Under the pieces are notes generated by a model that had not been told where the DNA came from, made no database searches, and saw only the letters and a list, made by a program, of their open reading frames with translations. DNA of 64,000 bases from Selaginella moellendorffii (lineage: Eukaryota; Plantae; Lycopodiophyta), in contig NW_003314270.1 in the NCBI RefSeq assembly GCF_000143415.4, positions 395,961-459,960 of the forward strand, given 5' to 3'. Each line of letters opens with the position of its first letter. Positions within the stretch are counted from its first letter, which is position 1. Position numbers and translations under genes: made by a program. Positions 39,471 to 50,900 of this stretch are shown in pieces.

Positions 39471-39721
39471 TATGGCCGTGATGTTTACTACTAAGCATAT
39501 GATAAATTTAACCACACATATTAGCATTATCGGTATTTTCTAAATTGGCATCCTTCATTTGCTAGATAGAGGTTTTAGTGTCAACAACGTCCTATGCTTG
39601 ACACAAAAAAGTTTCTAAAAAATAAGGAGTCACACGAGTAATGGAAGGTCCTTGCATGAATAAGTCATTAACTCTTTTATCCTTTTTTTAGGAGTACCAT
39701 CAAAAGGTTCATAAGGTTTTG

Positions 39722-41890
39722 ATGAGCCACACTAGGTATCCAAGTAGGTAGTGCCACCCACACTTGGATTAAGAGCATCAACCATTTAATCTCCCAAAGG
39801 AGCTAAAGTCAGCTCTTGAACACTTCACCAAGTTACCTCACTTGTCCTTCCATGTTCACTCTAACTTTGGACTCCTCAATAGTTATATCATCACCCACCA
39901 CGTGGGTATAGCCTTCCTTGGTCACATTGGCCTTTCCTAGCCAAACTAGCTCCAATGGAGTCTTCCCCCTACTATACTTTTCGAGCTTGACAAACCCCTT
40001 AGGGTTTAGGAGATGATCACTTTGGGCTTTCACTCTTGGACTCACACTTTGACTCAGACTCAGACTTAGACTCGGGCTTGGACTTGGTCTCGGTCTTAGT
40101 CTCAATCTCGACCTCAGACTCCATTTCACACCCCATCTCAAGTCCATCATAGGATCAACCTTAGACTTTCCATCTTGGGTCCATCTTGGACTCTATTTTA
40201 GGTCCATCTCAGACTCCATCTCCGGTCCATCTCAAACTCCATCTCAAGTCCATCTCGGACTCCATCTTAGGTCCATCTCAGATCCATCTCAGACTCCATT
40301 TTGGACTCCATTTCAGATTCCTTCTCAAACTCCATCTCAGACTCCATCTCAGATTCCTTCTCCGACTCCATCTTGGACTCTTTTCAGACTTGTTTTTGAC
40401 ACTTCCATGTGTCACAACACTTATTATATATCAATCCTTCTTATATCCCTTTTTAGAGACTCATTCATTAAATGCTTCATTCTCATTCCTTGAGCACTTT
40501 GTTCAGAGTTCCATTCCCACTCTCAACTTTCCAAGTTAGAGCCTTTGGTCCAAACATGTTACACTTGTTAAAATTTCGTTTTGACCACTACCATGTGGCA
40601 CCCTTTCTACTCCACTTTAGAGTTATAGATTTGTGTCTCACAACTCCACCACCCATAGACAAAATTTGATATCCTCATTGAACACTAAACCATTTTATAA
40701 AGTAATCCTATCATGGATTACCATTTTTCATCTTTGGCATTAAGCCAACATTTGTTAATGGTTTGACACTAAAAGCTCACCATACCTTACCCATCCTCTA
40801 CACCTTCTTTATTTCAATTTTACTACTTATTCAAGAGTAATTTTAGCCTCTACCATCATAATATTAACATTTTGAGTCAATGTCTTAGGTGTGTCCAACA
40901 CCTTGCATTACACTGGTTGTGCAAACACCACTTCCCCATCTTAGGAAGTTCTTTACTTGAGGGTACCATCGTCCTCTTTTCTATTTCATACTACCTTTAG
41001 CACTAAGTTCTAGTTATCCATAATTCGTACTAGAGTTATTTATGGCCTTATTATTTTGCTACTTTGCCGCTCCATCTCTTGGAGATTTCACATTTACCAA
41101 ATTGGAGTATTTGAGAATCCATCTTTGGAAATATATTTCCTTTCCCATAATCTATTTGCATCCTATTCCTCACTTAACTTTGCCATTTGGAATCCTTCTA
41201 ATAATTTCTATAGCCCTTTTTTTGCCATTCATCTTTTGTTCCTATCCTTTGATTATTGCATTAAGAAACATAGGATTACTACCTCCATGCTCGAGGTATC
41301 CTTTCGGTTCTATAGCAAAGGCTCTACTTCACTAAGTTTAAGGGGTGTTCACCCTTTGTGACCCACACTTGGGTCTTTCTTTAGAGATTATTTTTTTGGA
41401 CTCATAACACTATTGCATTGTTACAATTCATTTCCCTTATGTGTCTTTTCCATTTGGTCACCTTAACCAAGTCATACCATTACTAATAGTTCAAATCAAT
41501 ACTTTGAATTAGGCATCATATTCCTTAACCTCACAAAAACTTTATCTTTATTTAGCTATGAGATTACTTAGTGATCTCACCTTGATATCTTAACAAGTTT
41601 ACTAATAGGTGCTAAGTCTTTCAAACATTTAAGTTGTTGACCATAACCCTAGGGGCATCCCCCACATTTGGCGGTGCACCCACGCCAACGCTTTTAGCCA
41701 AGGGTCCATAATAATTAAAACTGAGTGTCCCTATCTCATTCACCATGTCTTTAGTGCTATTTGCACCAAAATTGTTCAAGTTAAATATATTAAACTTTCA
41801 CACTAAACAATATAACTGTGCATCACAACTCTGAGGCATCCCCCATTTATAGTATGCCCAAGTTAGTCTCCTTACTAAGAGTCCATAATC
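39722..41890 (-). mobile_element. Old family B fragment (partial 3' LTR to 40642, PPT, internal region)
   Basis: Reverse complement of ~33750-36240 with deletions. Confidence 0.8.
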
Positions 41891-42279
41891 AAGATTGGTC
41901 CTGACCCTTTTGAACAGCAACTGGCCAACTAGCTGACTGTGGTTATCAACCGGCCGTGAAAGTGCCAAACGGCCAAACGGTTCACAAATTTTTTTTGATA
42001 AAAGAAAAACATTTTTAATAAAACTAAACTAATAAAAGTAGGAAAACCAAAGCATTAGACTAAACCAAACCAAAGTATTAGCCCAAACCAAACCAACTAC
42101 TACTCAACTTCTTCAACATCTTTGACAATTTCCTCGACATTTCTGGCATCTTCCTCAACAATCACATCTTCATGTAGAAGATCTTTTTCAGCTAAATCCT
42201 CTATACCAAGAGATTCAAGCCTAACTTACATCTCTATAATCCTCATCCATTGTGGTTCAATTGCAATTGTGTCAAGATC

Positions 42280-42493
42280 GATCTCTAGGGTCTAGGAAAC
42301 AATCACTTTGGGCTTTCACCTTCGGACTCGAACTTAGATTTGGACTCAGACTTGGTCTTGGTCTCAGTCTTGGTCTTAGTCTCAATCTCTTTCTCAACTT
42401 CAACCTCGAACTCCATCTTGGACCCCATCTCAGGTCCATCTTGAGCTCAACCTTGGACTCTCCATCTTAGGTCCATCCCGAACTCTATCTCGG
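42280..42493 (-). mobile_element. Family B LTR fragment that is the target of element C (continues at 63609-63705)
   Basis: CTTTGGGCTTTCACC plus CTCCATCTC repeats on both sides of element C. TSD CTCGG/TTCGG. Confidence 0.7.
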
Positions 42494-43700
42494 TGTAAAG
42501 AACCAACTCCCCGAGGTGTCGTAGGCTAAAGGATCCCTGAAAGCAGGATCGAAATGACAAAGAGTTCATCGGATGGGACCAAGTCTGAGATCGAGTCCAA
42601 GACCGACTCTGAGACCGAGTTAGAGATAGAGTCCAGGATCAAATCCGAGGCTGACTCAAAGACCGAGTTCGAAACTGAGTTCGAGACAGAGTTCGAGATC
42701 GAAGATCGGGTCCGAGACCGATTCCGAGGTCAAGTTCGAAGTCAAGTCTGAGATTGGGTTCGAGATCAAGTTCGAGATCGAGTTCGAAACCGAGTCCGAA
42801 GTTGGGTCCGAGATCAAGTCCGAGATCAAGTCTGAGACCGAGTCCAAGTACTAATACAAGTCAAGGGGTGAAAGCCCAAAGCATGCGTCTCCCGGGGGGG
42901 GAATTGCTGCAAGGGGTTCCAAAAGTATAGTAGGGATAGTGAGGTCTAGGAACCAATCTTGAAGGAACTCTCCAGTGGTGCTTCCAAACTGACTTGAGGT
43001 TGAGACTAGGGCCGAGGGGCCTTGGGTGGGAGTGAGCATGGACTCGGGTGGTGCCGGAGGGGCCACCCAAGGAAGTGCTCAAGAGCAACTCCCACTCCCA
43101 AAAGGGAAACTGACTGTGGTGCTCTCGGCTCATGTGGATTGGTGCCCCACTTGAGTACCTTGTAGCTTATTGGTCCTTGCCCTTCCTAGGGGCTTGGGCC
43201 TTCCCTTCAAGATGGAAGTCGGGGGGTAGAGGTACCCATACCGGGCCGTTAGGCCATGGTGTTTTGCCTCGGTGTCCTAAAGCAAGTGTTGCACCCAAAG
43301 CTTGGGATTTAGAGGGTCCCATGATTAAGTCTTGTTGTACCAAAGGATGTTAGGAACCTAGAGGCTTGGTGTGCTTGGCTGCTTGTGCTTGCGAGGAGTG
43401 TAGCCAAACCTTAAGTCCAGTCTAACCTGGGGAGGGGGATTGGGAGAGATTTAGGAATCCGTGGATGGGTGGCTAACGCTCCATTGCTCATGCAGTGAGT
43501 AGCTGAAACCAAGTAGGACCAAGTAGGATCTGGTACAATAGGTGGGAACCTTGGCGAGAGAATTTAGCAAAAGCCAAGGCAGTGTTGGTTGGATAGACGA
43601 GATAAGCTGGCAAATTGAAAAGGAAAAATTTGTGGCTTACAATTTGGTATCAGAGCCTTTTCCTTAGTTCTAGCAAAGGATAGAGACAGATTGCTGGGAG

Positions 43701-46700
43701 ATGGCAAAGGTAGAGCGGAAACGAACCAAGGCGGAGACGGAACCTCCCCCAGAGCTAGAGCCTTCGGTCGAACAAGAGGCTATGGATGAGGAATCCTTGT
43801 ATGAAGAGGACTCTAGTGAGGAAACTTCCAAACAAGAGTCCGGTGGTGAGGTTCGGTCGTCCAAGGCTCGATTAGACATTCTAGAAGGACAATTGGCATA
43901 GACCAATGCCTTGCTGGAGACTCTCGTATGCAAGCTAAAGCGTGACAAGAAGCGGAAGAAAAGGCAAAAGACTGTAGATGCTGGCAATGCAGAAGGTGCA
44001 GACCCTTTGGCAGGGACTGAGGCAAAATTAAACAAGGTCGAATAAACCGAAGTGAAATCAGTCCCTCAGACAGTTCCCAAATACAAACCAAAGCCCCCAC
44101 CAGTCTTCAAGGGAGTGAATGACTATAAGGTGGTGGAGGATTAGTTTTACGATATGGAGGACTACTTCTAAGCTTGGTAACTGAGTCCCATGTGGTTACC
44201 AAGTGCTGGTCCCATGTGCAAAACCATACTTGGCAGATAATGCCAAGTCTTGGTGGAGAACGACAGAGGCCAACAAAGGACAGGTGGCCACTTGGGAAAT
44301 GATGAAGGCGAAGATCCGCGTGACTTACATTCCTCTGAATGCTACTCTGCATCTAAGAGACGAGCTGAGTAGGCTGAAGCAGACCGGAACCATTCAGGAT
44401 TATGTGAATGGGTTTATAGCAAAGAGGATACTTGTCACGGACATGGGGGATATGGATGCGTTTCATGCCTTCATATCAGGCTTGCAAACCTGGGCTCGCG
44501 GTAAGGTGATGCGTTGGAACTCGACCAACTACAAGGAAGCATTGGATGCGGCCATCAAGGTGCATTTCAACGATAACCTGCGAAAGGGGAACAGAACAGG
44601 GTCGGGGTCCATGTTTAACAAAGGGGCCAAACCAAGGGGAACATATAGCAAAGGGAAATTCAAGAAGAGTTTCTCTAAGAATGAGTCCTCGGGGTTCCGA
44701 AAAGGCAAATCTAGCAACTAGCGAACAAGTATGTGGGGGAGTCAAGCAAAAAGAGATAAACCCACGGATAAGAAGGTCAAGTCGGTTAGTAACGTGAGAA
44801 ATAACGTATGCTACAACTGCGGTGAAACGAGACACTTTTCAAGGGAATGTCCCTACCCGAAGAAGGCCAGAGCCAATACGGCCATTAAGTCAGGTAAAAT
44901 CCAAACTGAGGTATGTGATTTAGTCCTAGCTCAAAGTTACTCATTACATGAACAACTTTGGTAAAGAGCCATTCGCGACATCTACTAGCCCTTTGAGGGA
45001 AGCTCGGAGGTAGCTTTGTTAAGATCCTTATTGACACGGGTGTTTCAGATAATTTTGTGACTGCAGACATAGTCCGGCAAGCCGGACTAATGGTGTAGCG
45101 GCTGGGCGAACCAAGAACTATAGAGTTTGTTCAAGGTAGCCAAAGCACCGATGAGGTACTTTGACAAGCAAGAGTCGAAGTAGGGACATGGAAAGTAAAC
45201 ATGGATTTCACCGTGTTGGACATGGCGGGATTTGACGTGATCTTCAGGATTGATTGGTTCAATCAGTTCATGGTAGCCCTGCATGGATAAGGTAGGAACC
45301 TTGTGGTATTAGCGAATGCCCAAAGAAGAAGGTCTAGGGTGGAGGCCCAGGATCTAAAGGTAAGGCAATGCAAGGCCAAAGATTCCTGCCTAAATCTGGT
45401 GTTCACGAGAGGACAACTCACTAAAGGAACCAAGACAGCATTTTTGTGCTTACTCTTGGTGAAGAGTAACAAAAAGATTGGAATGAAAGAAGTATCTTTA
45501 GCGATCCAGTGGGTGTTGGACGAATTCTAGGATACCATGCCAGAGGAGCTACCGGCGGGGTTGCCCCCCACATGATCGATAAAACATAAGATTGAGCTGG
45601 TCGAGGGTGTTGAGGTGGTGGTTCGTCCCCCTTATCGTTTGAACAAAAAAGAACTCAAGGAGCTCAAGCACCAACTAGAGGAGTTGGTGGACAAAGGATA
45701 TGTTAAGTTGAGCAAGCCGCTATATGGGGCACTGGTGTTATTTGTGAAAAAGAAAGATGGATCTATACGCATGTGCATAGACTACCAATTGCTCAACAAG
45801 TATACAAAGAAGAACAAGTACCCTTTGCCAAGGATTGAGGACCTGTTCGATAGGTTGGGAAAGGTAAAATACTTCTCGAAGATTGACTTAAGGTCAGGAT
45901 ACTACCAGATTAGGGTAGCAGAGGAAGATGTCGAGAAGACAACCTGTCAAACAAGGTATGGGAGCTTTGAGTTTCTGGTGATGCCCTTTGGGCTATGTAA
46001 TGCACTGACAACGTTTTCGGCATTGATGAACCACATCTTTGTACCCTATCTGGATCACTTTATGGTCGTCTATATTAATGACATCCTGATCTATAGCAAA
46101 ACGCTAGAGGAGCATGTTGAACACTTGACGAAGGTGTTTGAGAAACCAAAGGAACACCAGCTGTATGCTAAAGAGAGCAAATGTGACTTTGCTCAACAAG
46201 AGGTAAAGTTTCTCAGGCATGTAGTGGGCAAGGACGAGCTCAAGGTGGACCCTAAGAAGGTCCAAGCGATCTAGGATTGGGAGCGACCATTGAATATAAA
46301 CGAGTTAAGGGCATTCTTGGGGCTATGCAACTACTACCGAAAGTTTATCAAACACTATTCCAGAGTAGCCCTACCCTTAATGGACTAAACGTGAAAAGGG
46401 AGGATGGTATGGATAGCAGAATGCGAGGCGGCATTTGTCCACCTCAAAGGGAAGTTGAGGAAGGCTCTCGTATTGGCATTACTAGACTTTGGTAAAGACT
46501 TTGAGGTAGAAACAGATGCTTCAGACTTTCTGTTGGGTGCAGTTTTGAAGTAAGACAACCATCCAATATTGTTCTTCTCGAAGAAGTTGGACAAGGCTCA
46601 ACGGAAGTGGCCTACCTATGAGAAGGAATTTTTTGTGGTGGTCAAGGCACTCAAGGAGTGGCGACATTACCTTGGGAGACACTTCAAGGTTTACACGGAT

Positions 46701-47508
46701 AATGTGGCAATGAAACACTTCTTGTTAGAGCCCGACCTGAGAGGGAAACAGGGTCGGTGGGCCAATGCTTTGGCCGAGTTTGATTGCAAGATTCTATACA
46801 AGCCTGGGAAGAGCAACATCGTGGTGGATGCGCTAAGTCGAAAAGCGAGCTTGAAGTTGGCGATATCCAGCGTGATAGCAACCTTTTGGGATGATGTGTA
46901 GACAGCATATGAGAATGATGGTCTAGCACAAGAAGTGTTGTTGAGGAATCTCGAGGCATGTGAAGCTCACTAGAGAAGTGAGCTGCCAACGAAAGAGAAA
47001 ACAGGCTATGTGAAACGTAATAGACTCCTCTATTACAAGCAAACGAGGGTGTATGTTCTAGAAGGGGAACTAAGGAAGGTAACCTTAGAAGAGTGTCATG
47101 ACAGACCTTTTGCGGGACATGGTGGAGTGCCCAAGACAATGGGCTTACTCAAAAGGAAGTACCATTGGCCAAATGTGGCTAAGGACATCCAAGACTATGT
47201 AAAAACATGTCTAACATGTCAGTATGTCAAAGCCGTGACTAAGGCTAGTGGGGGCTTGTTACAAAGCATCCCAATTCTAGACCATTCGTGGAAATGTCTT
47301 ACGATGGACTTCATCACGGGACTCCCCCCAAGTGAGGGGTTTGATGCGATATTCGTGGTAGTGGACCGATTTTCGAAGATGGCACATTTCATACCCACCA
47401 CAACGGAAGTGGATGTGGAAGGTGTGGCAAAGCTATTCTTCGAATAAGTGGTTCAAGTGCGGGGAAGGCCAGAGGAGATCATCTCAGATCAAGTTAAGAT
47501 CTTCACTA
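43701..47508 (+). pseudogene. gag-pol of family C with stops and frameshifts; integrase cut by the DNA transposon
   Basis: Gag LKQTGTIQDY, zinc knuckle [39 protein letters not shown]...MPFGL...VYINDIL, RH ETDASD...EFFVVV, IN HDRPFAGH...CLTCQ...TMDFITGLP...VVDRFSKMAHF...IISD. Confidence 0.93.
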
Positions 47509-47950
47509 AAGCTCTATTTCGTTAAAGTGTGAATTGTCATTATCCCACTTGTAAAATAAGGTTTCCAAACCTTTATATAGTATATAAATATAACAAAATT
47601 CAACTGCATTGAGGCACATGCCATTTTATTTTAAACAAGGAAATGTCTACTCAATCACTTCTCCTCCCCCTGCCACTGCTTCACCTCTCTCTTCTCCTTG
47701 TCATCGTCGTCCAATTTCTTTCCATCCTTTTAATATTGGCTCAGTTGCTCCGAGTCTAGGTGGAGCCCAAGTCCCCATTCAATCTTTACTTTCCCATTAT
47801 TAATAAAACAACTTCGTAGACTTCCAATAACATGCTGTAACACTTCTAGTATAATGCAAATCCTCTCAAAGAATTGTCTTTTAATATTAATACAATGGCA
47901 TGGAACCCCATGCCATAATAAGTTACATTTTTAAATAAATACATGCCATC

Positions 47951-50900
47951 TCAGACTGTTATTTTTTGCCTCCAACGCCTATACAATAATCTTGGAATTT
48001 CATCACTCTCCACACTATCAGGATTTAAACCCAATAGTAATGCCATCTCTTCTCTAATACGTCCACGCTCATGTTCAGTGGTCGAAGAACCCATCCGGTT
48101 GAGCAGATTATGGAGATGCGGATAGTGCTTGACTAGACAATATACATGCCATAAATGATGACTGGTGTCTGTCCGATCAAATGGCTTCTGATATACCGTT
48201 CCATCTGCCATTTGGTTGATTTTTGCAGCCACCTCCTGGACTGGCCGGTTCTCTATCACCATCGCTCCAAGCCGTTTTGCAAGGTCCCCCAGAACATACG
48301 GTTTCTTCTCCCTAGTTTCCATACTGCAAGAGATGGGGTGCACTGCATATGTGTGCGTGTTCGCTGCAGTTTTAATCGGCGAGTCATCGATGATGAGGAT
48401 TTCACTTGAGCTAGCAGTCCGGTTCATCACTACAGCCTCTGGCTTGACGAAGATGGGCTTGCTACCCCTCACATGGACCATAGTCAAGCAATCCTCCTGC
48501 GTTAGGAGAAAGTCAAATGGTAATATTACTCGCGTCTGATCGTGCATCATCTGTAGCAACGTTAATGCATTGTGGCGCATCATGGATGTCCAAACTCCCA
48601 ATTGCAAATTGAACCCGGCCCTCTGTTTTAAGTGTCGCATGGTCATTATTAGATCCCGCAGTTTCTCCCGTGTGATTAATGTGAATCTGTCTCTTTTGAC
48701 CAACTTGCGACCGCAGGCTTTGGAGGGTGCAATGACATTCGAGGACGAGCCACGCTCATGGGAGAAAAGGACACCGTTCAGATCAAAAACGATACAGTAC
48801 CTTCGCCGTGACTCTGAAATGAAATGCGTCAACATAAAAAATGGTACAAGTCAATTTTACCATCTACAATATTAGCGAATGTTGCTCCCGATGGTCGTTG
48901 AGAGGGTTTTGGTCGAGGAAACGTGAAGGGCGGAAATACTCTCCTCTGCAATGTGGGGTCAATCGCATCCGATGGCGTGTGGGCACATGCCATTTCAGCT
49001 GTAGACTCTGGTACAACTGGCTCAACAGTGGCATGGGGTGGTTCCGATGGCGTGTGATCACACGCCATTTCAGCTGGTGCCTCCGTTGGCAAAGTGGACA
49101 TGACCGAACAGGCAGCAGGGGCGGTGTAGGGAGGTTCCAACGGCGTGTAGTCAGACGATTGGGCACACGTTGGATCCGTTGGAAATGAGGATACGACCGG
49201 CTCGGCAGCTGGGGCGGCCTCATGCGGGTCCAATGGCGCCTGGTCACCGTCAGTTGGATACGTGGACAAGATTGACTCAGTGGTATGGGCAGCATCAAGT
49301 GGAGTGTGGTCAGCTTGTTTGGCGTTGATATGGATAGTAGCCTCCACCAGCTCTGATGACTCTTGCAGGCAAGTAGAGTCCACTGGCGGATCCATATGCA
49401 TGTCCAAATATCTCCCTTCGATTGAGATGGTATCCTCCCTACTGGCTACTAAAAACAAACTCATTAGCACATTGAATCGACTATACTGTATTTACCATCA
49501 ACTGCTATTGAGGAACTAGGATCGATATCACTTGGGCGCACTGCTGATTCTGAAGGATTGGACATACGTTTCGACCCTTGCTTGGCACTATCCTTCCTCG
49601 ACACTAAAGGCTAGAGTTTGTAAATTCAACTGAATAATCTCTACTTACCATTTGCTCTGCGACCTACATGGACAATGTTAGAAATGGTAAAAGGTTAGGA
49701 ATGGATGTACTATTATTTACCTGATGGTTTGTCTTGTATGACCTTCCTCCGCTGCTCTTTGGCCACCTCAGGCTGGCCATCGTCGTCATCATCGTCGTCG
49801 TCGTTATTGTGATCATCACCATTGTGAGGACCATCCATGTCCTCTTCGTCCTCCTCTTCTTTGTCCTCCTCTTCGTCCTTCTGCTCTTCCTGCTCATTAT
49901 CTTTCTCTGGCTCCTCATCCCCCTCCTGCATTTCTTCCATAGGCTGCTCAGGCTGGATGGCTTGTTCTTCCAGGACCATCTTGGGAAAATCATTTGGCCG
50001 AGTCTCCATCTCAAAATACAAGACATCCATAGCCTGTTTTAGTGTGTGACCTAGGACCGTATCTTCACCCGACTGTCTTAACATGGTTTTTCCACGTTCT
50101 TGCACCCTTCGAAGACGACGAGATGAGAAAAACGTGGCCCTGACTTGAAAAGCATCCCTCATCCATTGTACCTCTCCATTGAGATTGGGGAAGGGGAGTC
50201 CGCCATAGGAATCTGAGTCAGGAGGTGGTGACTGGCTGCTTTCACTCAGCCCTTGATCTGCAATGAATGGCATGAGCACACACGCCATAACCGCAAGGCA
50301 TTGCCTATCATCTTTTCGTTGCCCTTCTTCCTTTTCGAATCAAACGCCTCTGATCCCGACGACTGTCCAACGTGCTTTCGCTTTTTATGACCACTGTCAG
50401 TTTGAGCTTGATCTGCAAGAAATGGCATGAGGACCCACGCAATAACCATGACGCTTTACTTCCCGTCCTTGGTGGCTCTGTCGTGCCTTCCGCATCCTCA
50501 GGTGCCTGCTCCTCAATTCCCTTTCGCTTTCGTTTCTTATGCGCCCGTTCTACAGAAATAGCATGAGGACATACGCGATAAGCATCACAAATGCTTTTAC
50601 CCTTCCTCCTCTGCCCTGGTCGGTTGTCCATCTCTTTGTCTACAGCGTCTGAAAGCTGTTTTGCAGGTAGCCTAATTCGAGGTTCACGACGTCTCCTTTG
50701 CACTTGAACTATATATTATTGCATCAACACATGCAACATCCCATAATATTTTTAAGTTACCTTTCATAAAGTTTTCCATTGGTTCAACTCGTTCCCCTGA
50801 AATACAAACTTAGATAAGTGCATGGGGCCATATGTCATGATTGTACCTGTTTCGGAACTCTCCTTATCACTCTCCGAGGCCTCCCCCTCCTCCACTGGAG

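Noticed and set aside
41890-42275. Possible end of another DNA transposon (acidic C-terminal peptide on the minus strand, CAAACGG repeats)
   Set aside because: No partner TIR, TSD or catalytic motif found. Too short to assign.
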